Origin: Dehalococcoidales bacterium
Lineage (GTDB): Bacteria; Chloroflexota; Dehalococcoidia; Dehalococcoidales; UBA5627
NCBI GenBank assembly: GCA_034429935.1
Contig: DAOUFJ010000008.1
Location: 13,218 to 77,217, forward strand
DNA: 64,000 nucleotides
Reading direction: 5' to 3'
Shown piece after piece: positions 1-8,149 of the stretch. The position numbers and the translations under genes are program-made. Numbering within the stretch: position 1 is the first letter of the stretch; every line of letters begins with the position of its first letter. The notes under the pieces are model-generated. The model ran no database searches, was not told the DNA's origin, and saw only the letters and a program-made list of their open reading frames with translations.

Positions 1-617
1 GGTCGCAAAGTTCCTCAACCTGGTTCATCTGGTGGGTACTGAAAATGATGGATTTCCCCTGCTCTTTCAACTCTTTTATCAGGCCTTTCAAAAGCTCCGT
101 ATTCACCGGGTCGAGTCCTGAGAAGGGTTCATCCAGTATTATCAGCTGCGGGTCGTGGATAATTGTGACGAGGAACTGTATAAGCTGGCCCATGCCGCGG
201 CTCATCTCTTCGATTTTCTTGTTCTTGTGCGGCAGCATTCCCACGCGTTTGAGCATTTCCTCTATGCGTGCGTCATCGACGGTAATGCCCTTGAGAGATG
301 CCATGTATTTCAGTGTTTCCATGACGGTTTGTTTTTTGTACAAACCTCTTTCTTCTGGAAGATACCCGATTTTGTTTTTGGTGTCTTCCTGGAACTTTTC
401 GCCGAGTATGTAGACCTCTCCGGAATCCGGTTTTATAATATCCATTATCATGCGGATGGAGGTGGTTTTTCCGGCGCCGTTCGGCCCGATAAGGCCGAAA
501 ATCTCCCCTTTTTCAACGGTAAAAGATACGCCTGAAACTACCGTTCTCTTTCCGTAGGTTTTATAGATATTATTCACCTGAACGGCTGCGTTCGACTCTG
601 TTTTATTCCTTTTCATG
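1..617 (-). CDS. ABC transporter ATP-binding protein (ABC-2/NatA-like); the 3' end runs off the window edge
   Basis: Reverse-strand translation from the ATG at 615-617 gives MKRNKTESNAAVQV..., with Walker A GPNGAGKTT and Walker B LIILDEPFSGLD. The frame stays open to position 1. Confidence 0.9.
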
Positions 618-653
618 GTTCAATAAAATTCCTTGAACGTTGATTAATTAACT

Positions 654-1301
654 TCACTCCCCGGTCTTGTTTTCTGCTTCAGTTTCCTCTACAGTCTTTG
701 CTTCTTCAGCACCTGGTGCAGCAGCTTCCGGTTCTGCGGCTGCCTTTATCTTGAGTACCTTGACGACTACCTGGTCGGGGTCGGCAGTCGTGGAGATATC
801 TTTGATGAGTTTGATATCTTTGATATGGATGGTATCTCCCGCTTCCTTCAGGTTGCTGATATCGATTTGGATATGAGGCGGCATTTTATCCGGAAGAGCC
901 TCGATTTCGATGTGGGTCAACTGGTGTTCTATCATGTTGTCTTTGGATTTGACTGCAGGGGCTTCTCCCACGAAGATGATAGGTATCTCGGCAGTCATCT
1001 TTTCCGCTTTGTTTACCTGGTAGAAATCGACGTGCAGCAGCTGCCCGTTAAGAGCGTTACGCTGGATTTCACGGATAAAAACACTTCTGGGTAGTTTTTC
1101 TTTTTCTATCTCGATATTGATCAGCCTGGTAGCGCCCTCGTGAGAGATGATCTTTTTCAGTTCATTGCTGTCACATTGCAGAGACAGGGATTCTATGCCG
1201 TTACCGAATACATGTATCGGGGTGATTCCCTGCTTGCGCAAGCCAACTGTATTTTTACCGAAAACCTTTCTTTGGGATGCTTTCAGTTTTAGATTTTCCA
1301 T
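654..1301 (-). CDS. rplY: 50S ribosomal protein L25 / general stress protein Ctc
   Basis: MENLKLKASQRKVFGKNTVGLRKQGITPIHVFG... is a typical L25/Ctc N-terminal domain, followed by an acidic Ala/Glu-rich tail. A GAGGAG RBS lies 5 nt before the internal ATG at 1301, while the longer ORF start at 1343 has no RBS. Confidence 0.85.
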   Translation of the reverse strand: MENLKLKASQRKVFGKNTVGLRKQGITPIHVFGNGIESLSLQCDSNELKKIISHEGATRLINIEIEKEKLPRSVFIREIQRNALNGQLLHVDFYQVNKAEKMTAEIPIIFVGEAPAVKSKDNMIEHQLTHIEIEALPDKMPPHIQIDISNLKEAGDTIHIKDIKLIKDISTTADPDQVVVKVLKIKAAAEPEAAAPGAEEAKTVEETEAENKTGE

Positions 1302-1405
1302 TTTTTCTCCTCTTTCTTCAATACGGTTTACTATATATTGCAATCAATTAAAACAGGAATTGTCCTAAAAAGCAATAGATGAATAGTTAAAAAACGAATA
1401 CATTA

Positions 1406-1489
1406 TGTCAATATTCGGCAGGAAAGTGAGCCAACGAGGTAAATGTTTCTGTCAATGCATTGTCAAGTGTTTGTCAATGGTATTGTCAG
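1406..1489 (+). promoter_or_regulatory. Helically phased array of TGTCAA hexamers (candidate transcription-factor binding array)
   Basis: TGTCAA occurs at 1406, 1450, 1461 and 1472, and TGTCAG at 1484. The spacings are 44 (4x11), 11, 11 and 12 bp. The array lies between the rplY start and the stop of the GGCT-like gene. Confidence 0.4.
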
Positions 1490-1547
1490 GGGGTTATTAA
1501 TTCCTGCCGGCGATATTATATTCCCCTTTCAGTAAATTTGAATTGGT

Positions 1548-1955
1548 CTAGATAAGCCGCCAGTCCTTATATCCCTGCTGGATTATCTTGAGGTATTCGG
1601 GGGATGGTTTGGATTCGTCTGTCTGTATCTGTCCTTTCCTGATGTAGGTGACAGCTTCCGTTGCATCGCCGTCCTCGTTGTTGACGATGACCTTGATTCG
1701 CTCGAAGTTGCCTGGACAGTTCTCTGCCTTATCCAGCTTCCCCCATTCCGTATCGGGAACATCATAGATGGCGCCGAGAACTTTATCTCCCGTTGAGCGT
1801 TTGATAGTCGCAATCCCACCGTGCCATTGTCTTGTCCAGCCTGCAAAAAGCAACCTGTAATTATGCAAGGTAGCGGTATACATGGAGCGGCTTTGCGGGC
1901 AGGTTTCTGCCATGTTTTTCTTATTTAAATTGATACCGTAAGCAAAATAATACAT
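1548..1955 (-). CDS. Gamma-glutamylcyclotransferase-like (AIG2/GGACT family) protein
   Basis: MYYFAYGINLNKKNM...YRLLFAG...GGIATI...GDKVLGAIYDV...E..NFERIKV matches the GGCT-fold sequence pattern. Confidence 0.75.
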   Translation of the reverse strand: MYYFAYGINLNKKNMAETCPQSRSMYTATLHNYRLLFAGWTRQWHGGIATIKRSTGDKVLGAIYDVPDTEWGKLDKAENCPGNFERIKVIVNNEDGDATEAVTYIRKGQIQTDESKPSPEYLKIIQQGYKDWRLI

Positions 1956-1970
1956 AATCTGAATCTTTCT

Positions 1971-2126
1971 CTAGTCTAAAGCATATAAGATGGCCAGCGC
2001 TCCGAGGATAATAAACCAGGCACCTACAACGTAAACGGCTGTTTTGGGCCACACCATTACTATTATTCCCATCAGGACGCATATTATACCGGCTATTATC
2101 AAAATAGGCGGGGTTATTTCGAACAT
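1971..2126 (-). CDS. Small 2-TM membrane protein (51 aa; DUF3096-like by recollection)
   Basis: This ORF is not in the supplied track. The reverse strand reads MFEITPPILIIAGIICVLMGIIVMVWPKTAVYVVGAWFIILGALAILYALD*, which gives two hydrophobic helices. Confidence 0.55.
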   Translation of the reverse strand: MFEITPPILIIAGIICVLMGIIVMVWPKTAVYVVGAWFIILGALAILYALD

Positions 2127-2232
2127 TCCCGGGCTCCTTTTCACTTTCCGAATCAGCTATTGAAGTACTGGGTTATTATAATCGTTTTTTGTTGACATGG
2201 CTAGGGGTATACAGGCATTTTTTGATAAAAAA

Positions 2233-2261
2233 TTGACAATATCTTTTAAGGCAGTTATAGT
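2233..2261 (+). promoter_or_regulatory. Sigma70-type promoter candidate for the 2313 gene
   Basis: TTGACA (2233-2238), a 17-nt spacer, then TATAGT (2256-2261). Confidence 0.5.
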
Positions 2262-2312
2262 GGATGTTAGAATCTTGTTTTTGCTCATGTTAACCTGTTC
2301 AGGCATAGTTTA

Positions 2313-3314
2313 TTGCAGGGTTGGGAGTCAATGAAGGTACACGAAGAACCAATCGAAATAGAAAATCTGACCAGGCTTAATGAATATGGTCCTGATGATT
2401 TATTTATCTGCTGCGCCAGTTTCGAGGACCGCTGTCTGCAGGGAGCATCCAAAGCAGGTCCGGGTTATCGTGTACGTTTCAGTATTATCTTTGTAATCGA
2501 AGAGCCGTTTTATCAGCAGGTTGTGGAAACCAACATGTTGAAGCTGCAGGCCGACCTCGGCAGAAGGACATCCGAGGGGGTATTCGTTATCCGCTGTCAG
2601 CGGGATAACCCTATCGAAGGCATCAGCCAGCTCAAGAATATCTGGAACCGCTGCCGCCCGAAGGATTTCGACGATTCATATATAACGATCGATATCAGCG
2701 GTTTTACTAAAATCTATCTGCTGGAGCTGTTGTATTTCCTGGTTGCGGAGCAAAATCTCGGCATCCCCCGTATTATCCATACAACTCAGAGCTATTCCCC
2801 TACCAAGCTGACCCGTGGGGTGGAGCAGATTTCCACCGTGCATAATTTCTTTGGTACTATTTCCTTCGATAAGCAAACGGTACTGGTATTGTTCCTGGGA
2901 TTCGAGCCGGAACGCTCTCTTACCGTATGGAAGCATTTCAATCCTGTAAGGACGATTGCCCTGATAACCAATCCTCCGCGTAGTCAGAGCGAGGAATATC
3001 TGGAATATGCCAAGAGCAACAACTCCTTTTTGCTGTCGCAGCCGGGGGTGGAATTAAAAGACGTCCCTGCCGACGATCCGCATTCGGCGAGGGATGTGCT
3101 CGAGGAAATCTACCATGAAATCAGGGATTCCTTTAATATGGTCATCGGGCCTTTCGGCACCAAGTCTCAAACGGTAGGAATTTTCCTTTTCTGCCTGGAG
3201 CATCCCAAGGCACAGGTAGTTTATTCCTTCCCTGTGAACTATACGAAGTCTTATTTGAAGCGAAAACCGGGAAAAACCCTTTTGCTGCCGCTGGCTCCGG
3301 TCATCAGAAACTGA
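2313..3314 (+). CDS. Hypothetical protein with two tandem Rossmann-like repeats (CARF/SAVED-like signature)
   Basis: The 333-aa ORF starts at a TTG, with an alternative ATG at 2331. It contains an internal duplication: CCASFEDRCL pairs with FLGFEPERSL, and ITIDISGFTK pairs with MVIGPFGTK. D-I-S-G-F-T-K fits the CARF motif [DN]x[ST]xxx[RK]. Confidence 0.5.
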   Translation: MQGWESMKVHEEPIEIENLTRLNEYGPDDLFICCASFEDRCLQGASKAGPGYRVRFSIIFVIEEPFYQQVVETNMLKLQADLGRRTSEGVFVIRCQRDNPIEGISQLKNIWNRCRPKDFDDSYITIDISGFTKIYLLELLYFLVAEQNLGIPRIIHTTQSYSPTKLTRGVEQISTVHNFFGTISFDKQTVLVLFLGFEPERSLTVWKHFNPVRTIALITNPPRSQSEEYLEYAKSNNSFLLSQPGVELKDVPADDPHSARDVLEEIYHEIRDSFNMVIGPFGTKSQTVGIFLFCLEHPKAQVVYSFPVNYTKSYLKRKPGKTLLLPLAPVIRN

Positions 3315-3476
3315 TTTTGAGCGGCAATGCTTTCCCTCCCCCATCTAAAAGTACTGGTTGACTATTAAATTTATACGTTTAAAAATAATATTTTCCTGTT
3401 TTGGGCTTAAAATACTTGACATGATGCCTAGCTTTAGTTTATCCTAGCTACAAATTACCAAAAAGGGAGGTAAACC

Positions 3477-3617
3477 ATGCAAGGCTATTGTATGAAGTGT
3501 CGCGCCAAGAAAGAAATGAAAAATGCCAAGGCGATCACCATGAAGAACGGCCGCCCGGCAACCCAGGGTGTATGCCCTGTTTGTGGCACGAAAATGTTCA
3601 AAATCGGTAAAGCCTAG
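3477..3617 (+). CDS. Small zinc-ribbon protein (46 aa; DUF5679-like)
   Basis: This ORF is not in the supplied track. An AGGGAGG RBS precedes the ATG at 3477. The product is MQGYCMKCRAKKEMKNAKAITMKNGRPATQGVCPVCGTKMFKIGKA*, with a CxxC...CxxC motif. Confidence 0.75.
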   Translation: MQGYCMKCRAKKEMKNAKAITMKNGRPATQGVCPVCGTKMFKIGKA

Positions 3618-3706
3618 TAATTTACCAAGCAATCGGGAAAAAATACTGGAGGCTGGACTTATCATCAAGATTTGTCCAGCCTCGGTGTTTTTAGAGGTCT
3701 TGACTA

Positions 3707-3747
3707 CCCTTGACAAAAAACAAAAATGTCTATACACTTGTCAAGGG
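3707..3747 (+). promoter_or_regulatory. 9-bp inverted repeat CCCTTGACA-N23-TGTCAAGGG overlapping the promoter and start of the HTH gene
   Basis: The arms lie at 3707-3715 and 3739-3747. The repeat encloses TTGACA (3710-3715), a 17-nt spacer and TACACT. An ATG follows at 3750. Confidence 0.45.
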
Positions 3748-3749
3748 TT

Positions 3750-4193
3750 ATGAGAAAAAAGGGAATGAATATCAACGAAGCTGCCCAGACCCTGGGGGTA
3801 TCCACCAGGACCATCAGGCGTTATATAAAGTCTGGAAAAATTCAGGCTGAACTGATAGTTGGGCACTTCGGGGAAGAATACCGTATTCTGAACCTGCCTT
3901 CCGACCTCGAACCTATAAAGGATGAGGCCGTCGAATACGAGAAACCTGGAGAAATTTCTCCTCTTCCACCCACTCCCGCCCCTCCTGTATATGACCATGG
4001 ACAGGCCCTTGTCCAGAGCATAGACCTGGTCAGGGAGTTGCAGGAAAAGAACATGACCATGGCGGCGCAGCTTGGTATAGCCACGGAGCGCATCAGGAAC
4101 CTCGAAAGCCAGTTGAAGCAGATGAAGCTGTTGACGGCTCCCAAAGTTCCCTGGTGGAAGAAACCGTTCATATCCGGCAAGAAAAAGAAATAA
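3750..4193 (+). CDS. Excisionase/MerR-superfamily helix-turn-helix DNA-binding protein with a C-terminal coiled coil
   Basis: NINEAAQTLGVSTRTIRRYIKSGKI is an HTH_17-like motif. It is followed by a Pro-rich linker and a heptad-like tail, LVRELQEKNMTMAAQLGIATERIRNLESQLKQMKLL. The start is uncertain (3726, 3750 or 3765). Confidence 0.7.
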   Translation: MRKKGMNINEAAQTLGVSTRTIRRYIKSGKIQAELIVGHFGEEYRILNLPSDLEPIKDEAVEYEKPGEISPLPPTPAPPVYDHGQALVQSIDLVRELQEKNMTMAAQLGIATERIRNLESQLKQMKLLTAPKVPWWKKPFISGKKKK

Positions 4194-4536
4194 CGGCGTT
4201 TCAAACTATTATCGCTATCTTTTTTTCCTTTACGCTTTAGTTCTGTAACTATTTTCTAAAGTACGTCTAAGCCTGTCAACGGGGTATTCCTGTAAACTCT
4301 GTTATGGCAGTTCCGCCTTCAAACACATTTCATGTTGTCTACCCACTGTCGACAGCATGTCAAAGGTTGCAGTAAGGTCATCGGCAGCATATCGGAATTA
4401 AAACGTAGATGATATAAGAGGGCAGTCTCTACCCTGTTGTGATGCGATAGGTCATAGAACGCTAAACTACGGTTTGTTTTTTTGTAAATAATGGATTGGT
4501 TTAAATACGGATAAACCGGTGTTAAAAAGGAACCGG

Positions 4537-4621
<85 letters not shown>

Positions 4622-4701
4622 GTCCAACAAGATATTTTACCCTCTTATCTGTAAGGATTCAACTTTTAAATCTTTTGCCATGATTGTGTTATTATGATGA
4701 T

Positions 4702-5148
4702 ATGCGGAAAGTAATGACTTATTTCAGTATGGTAATCGGAACCGCCGTAGCCGGAGCGGTGTTCGGAATACTGGCGGCTTACCTGCTGGCCTGGCTGATG
4801 CAGGACGGGTATGAAGGGTGGGGTGGCCTGCTGGGCGCCGTGCTGGGGCTGGCATTCGGGTATCCGGTGGGCGTTTTTATCGGCGTTATAATATTCAGGA
4901 ATCTGCTGCATTACTCCGGTTCTCTGATATTCGGGTTGATAGGGGTAATTGTGGGAGGAATATTACCGTTTATGCTGGCCGAACCTCTGGGGGTGAACGA
5001 CTACACGGGATTGATGTGGGCATTCATCATATTGAGCTCTCCCCTGCTCGGCACGATAGGGTTCAACATCAGGAAAAAAGCAGACAGTAATAATCCTGCC
5101 TTATCTGACGGCAGTAACGATACTATTGACATAGATGGACAGCCTTAG
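4702..5148 (+). CDS. Hypothetical integral membrane protein (Gly-rich TM helices)
   Basis: MRKVMTYFSMVIGTAVAGAVFGILAAYLLAWL... has about 4 hydrophobic segments and an acidic or polar tail. The start is uncertain (TTG 4684, ATG 4702 or ATG 4714). Confidence 0.6.
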   Translation: MRKVMTYFSMVIGTAVAGAVFGILAAYLLAWLMQDGYEGWGGLLGAVLGLAFGYPVGVFIGVIIFRNLLHYSGSLIFGLIGVIVGGILPFMLAEPLGVNDYTGLMWAFIILSSPLLGTIGFNIRKKADSNNPALSDGSNDTIDIDGQP

Positions 5149-5561
5149 ACAGTCCCGTCGAATACCTGTTTACCGCTTGTTTTATTTTCCTTTATTCTGA
5201 GCCATATACCCTCTATGATGGCTATGGCTCCGGGTATGAGCGACATTTCCAGCAGCAGGTAGAAAACCTGTCCGTATATTTGTTCTGTGGCGATGTAGAT
5301 ATAAACTTCAAAGAATGAAATTATGTGGAATAACCCTGCGGTTATGCATATTGACCAGTAATGACCGGGACGGGTTGTCAGTCCGCCGATGATCATGAAA
5401 ATAAGCCCCAGTATTCCCAGGAAAAACGCGGTTTGATGGCCGGCAGCAAGGCCGAAAGACCCGCGTGCCGTTAATTCGCAGGAGTCTGAAAATGATAATA
5501 CTGCTCCGAATATAAAAATCGCCATACCTGTCCATGCCAGTATTTTTAAAAATGTTTTCAT
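5145..5561 (-). CDS. Hypothetical integral membrane protein (~4 TM)
   Basis: MKTFLKILAWTGMAIFIFGAVL... is preceded by an AAGGGAGA RBS 7 nt upstream of the ATG at 5561. The longer ORF start at 5594 lies inside the conserved upstream motif. Confidence 0.6.
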   Translation of the reverse strand: MKTFLKILAWTGMAIFIFGAVLSFSDSCELTARGSFGLAAGHQTAFFLGILGLIFMIIGGLTTRPGHYWSICITAGLFHIISFFEVYIYIATEQIYGQVFYLLLEMSLIPGAIAIIEGIWLRIKENKTSGKQVFDGTV

Positions 5562-5600
5562 ATTACTTTCTCCCTTGTCCAAATCCTTTGACATTTTTGT

Positions 5601-6602
5601 CTAATCCCTTACAACGGCATCGACTCTTCCCCTGAATTCATCCGTCCCGTCCCATCCTTCGTAAGCTGCTGTTCCTTCGATGAGATAAATCGGTTGGGCG
5701 TAATTGCCGGCACCGGTGGAATATTGAATCGAGATTTTAGTTATCGTAAGCCGGTTAAAGTCGCTGTAATTGGTGAGGCATTTGAGCGAGGCTGTTTTTT
5801 CCAGAGTTCCTTCGAGGTATCTTTCGAGAATATCGATTGCCTCATCCGGAGTTATGATTTCTACTGTTGTATACTCTTCGTAATTAACGAAGTCTGCCTG
5901 TGCTTTAATTATCTTTCCGTTATCAGCGATTACAACACTTACCGAAAAACTGTTGCCGTAATCGTTTAACCCCACGTAGAATACAACCGATTTCGCTACT
6001 GTGTATTTAATGCTTGCATGAGATGACGTGTCATATTCTTCTACCTCTATGAAATTCGATACATTAGTTGAGGTAATGTTTTCGGGATACATATTACAGG
6101 ACTGCAGCCATTCGGTAGCGATATCGATACACTCCTCATCGGTTGGGAGATTTTCCGGCTTGCTCGAGTCATAATCACTGTAGAAATTTACATAGCCGTC
6201 ATCTTCTATCTCCAGCGTTCCAATTTCATTTTGATATGTGTATACCTGCCGGATTTCCCCGGGAGAGAATATGGCATCGGTTTCAGCGAAACCGAGTGTT
6301 TGTGCGATACTCCATGCATATTGGCTGTTTACTTCGGGGGCTATCACTTTGTATACGGGCAGTGTATCCGGTATCGATGGCACCCCCGTATCCAGAGTTA
6401 TTTCTACGGGTGTGGATGGTGAACCGGCAATCATTATCCCTTCGAACACACATGGAAGCGATATCGAGCTTGAAGATATTTCAGTTGTTGTTTCTGTACT
6501 CGTCGTTTCTGCAGTTGTAGTATTTTCGGTTTGAGTACAGCCGGACAGCAGCATTGACACTGTCAACACTATGATTGTCCAAGCTATCAAAGTCTTTTTC
6601 AT
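5601..6602 (-). CDS. Hypothetical lipoprotein with two PepSY-like-looking repeats
   Basis: MKKTLIAWTIIVLTVSMLLSGC carries a lipobox (LSGC) and is followed by a Thr/Ser-rich linker. The repeated ...(T/P)DEE(C/A)IDI(A/L)..(W/Y)L... modules were identified by eye. Confidence 0.7.
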   Translation of the reverse strand: MKKTLIAWTIIVLTVSMLLSGCTQTENTTTAETTSTETTTEISSSSISLPCVFEGIMIAGSPSTPVEITLDTGVPSIPDTLPVYKVIAPEVNSQYAWSIAQTLGFAETDAIFSPGEIRQVYTYQNEIGTLEIEDDGYVNFYSDYDSSKPENLPTDEECIDIATEWLQSCNMYPENITSTNVSNFIEVEEYDTSSHASIKYTVAKSVVFYVGLNDYGNSFSVSVVIADNGKIIKAQADFVNYEEYTTVEIITPDEAIDILERYLEGTLEKTASLKCLTNYSDFNRLTITKISIQYSTGAGNYAQPIYLIEGTAAYEGWDGTDEFRGRVDAVVRD

Positions 6603-6634
6603 ATTAACCCCCCTTGCCAAATCCCTGGACAAAA

Positions 6635-7072
6635 TTATTTAAAGGCGGCGGTTTCGGATAATTGATTTCTCTGCTCTCCCGAGCTGTTTAAACTCGTTTT
6701 GAGTTGAATAAGCCCGGTGGTTATAACGCCGAAGCCGCAGGCCAGTAATATCAATGCTAGTAAATGAAGGGTGGTAACGTCGAAAACCGCGGTCAGGTAC
6801 AATTTAACAGCGACAGGAGCAGAAATAGCGGCAATAATCACGCCCAGTAATATCTGGAGGCCTGCATATCTGGTATGAGCTTTCAATTGCAGTAACCCGC
6901 AGGTAATAACTGCCAATCCGATAAACAGCAAAACAAATTCGAAAACGGAATTCTGAGGGATAAAATCGATTAGCATTCCGTTTGACGATGCATGTTCTTT
7001 TTCTATTAACATGAAAAAGCAGGGAGGTAAGGTTAATATACCGAATACTGTTTGTAATATGTTTTTAACCAT
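6635..7072 (-). CDS. Hypothetical integral membrane protein (~4 TM)
   Basis: MVKNILQTVFGILTLPPCFFMLIE... is hydrophobic throughout. An AAGGAG RBS lies upstream. Confidence 0.6.
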   Translation of the reverse strand: MVKNILQTVFGILTLPPCFFMLIEKEHASSNGMLIDFIPQNSVFEFVLLFIGLAVITCGLLQLKAHTRYAGLQILLGVIIAAISAPVAVKLYLTAVFDVTTLHLLALILLACGFGVITTGLIQLKTSLNSSGEQRNQLSETAAFK

Positions 7073-7213
7073 TTATCTTGCTCCTTGTTTATTCGGTTAA
7101 AGCTCTCCGGATGAAACGGTAAGCACCTCTTATCTTCGCCCCTGCCAAAACCTTTGACAGGGATGGACATCCCGTTGACAATGTTGTTTTTATTATCATT
7201 ACCGGTTATTCTT

Positions 7214-8149
7214 CTATCCCGTTGTTATATCCTGCCTGCGGAAGCTGTAAAAACTTATTGCCAGAAATACGATACAGTATCCCAGCAGTATGGCTGTGGC
7301 TTTCAGAATAGACGATTCGGCATCCCCGTTCATAGTGAAAAGACTGGAAATTTCCGAAACGTTATGCCCAATAGTATACGGGGCAAGATTTTGCAGCCAG
7401 TTATTTGCATATGTCAGCAGCGAAACGATTATCAAATCTGCATAGATGAAAACTATACCTATCACCATCCCGGATGTTACCGAGCGCAGAAGTACGGAAA
7501 AGAGGGCGGTCAGGCAGAAATAGACGGCGAGCGTTAATAAAAGACCGCCGAATGCCGAGAACATAAAGCCCACGAAATCGAGGTTCAAAAAATCGAAATT
7601 TATGCTTTCTCCCGCTATTGCCGTAGTTATAAGGCTGGTAATAAAAGCGGACAGCAGCGCAGCCAGTATTCCGATAACGACAACGATCAATATGCCTAAC
7701 AATTTGGAAGTCAGGTATCTTTCCCTGCCGGTTCCCTTGATGAGCATCTGGCGCAATGTACCCCACCCGTACTCGGAACCTACTGCCGAGGCGGTCAGTA
7801 TAATAATCAGCAATGCGCCCAAACCGGCGATACTGTTGAAAGCAGTCTCTAAAGAACCCGGAAGCATAAAACCCTGTTTATAATAAGCTGCCTGTATTGC
7901 CATCATTTGCAACTCCGGGTTATCATGATCCATCGGGTCGCTGATAATCACGTTTATATCGTCGTTCTGGTTGCCGCTTATCTCGACATCGATATCCGCG
8001 ATACCCGGGTATTTTTCCAGCATATGACGGTAACTCGAATACTCGCTGATTATGGGAACTATCGAAAATACCAGCAAAGGCACCAGCAAAGCATAAACCA
8101 GCCAGCGTTTCTTTAGCTTGAACAGTTCTACTCCGATCAGTCTAAGCAT
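7214..8149 (-). CDS. ABC-2 type transporter permease
   Basis: MLRLIGVELFKLKKRWLVYALLVPLL... shows the typical ABC-2 permease N-terminus and 6 hydrophobic segments. It overlaps the upstream ATPase gene by 8 nt. Confidence 0.75.
   Translation of the reverse strand: MLRLIGVELFKLKKRWLVYALLVPLLVFSIVPIISEYSSYRHMLEKYPGIADIDVEISGNQNDDINVIISDPMDHDNPELQMMAIQAAYYKQGFMLPGSLETAFNSIAGLGALLIIILTASAVGSEYGWGTLRQMLIKGTGRERYLTSKLLGILIVVVIGILAALLSAFITSLITTAIAGESINFDFLNLDFVGFMFSAFGGLLLTLAVYFCLTALFSVLLRSVTSGMVIGIVFIYADLIIVSLLTYANNWLQNLAPYTIGHNVSEISSLFTMNGDAESSILKATAILLGYCIVFLAISFYSFRRQDITTG

Noticed and set aside
3444-3737. A 97-aa minus-strand ORF and a 61-aa plus-strand ORF (3568-3753) overlap the small zinc-ribbon gene region.
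   Set aside because: The plus-strand 46-aa zinc-ribbon ORF (3477-3617) has a strong AGGGAGG RBS and a CxxC...CxxC motif typical of a known small-protein family. The overlapping ORFs have neither.
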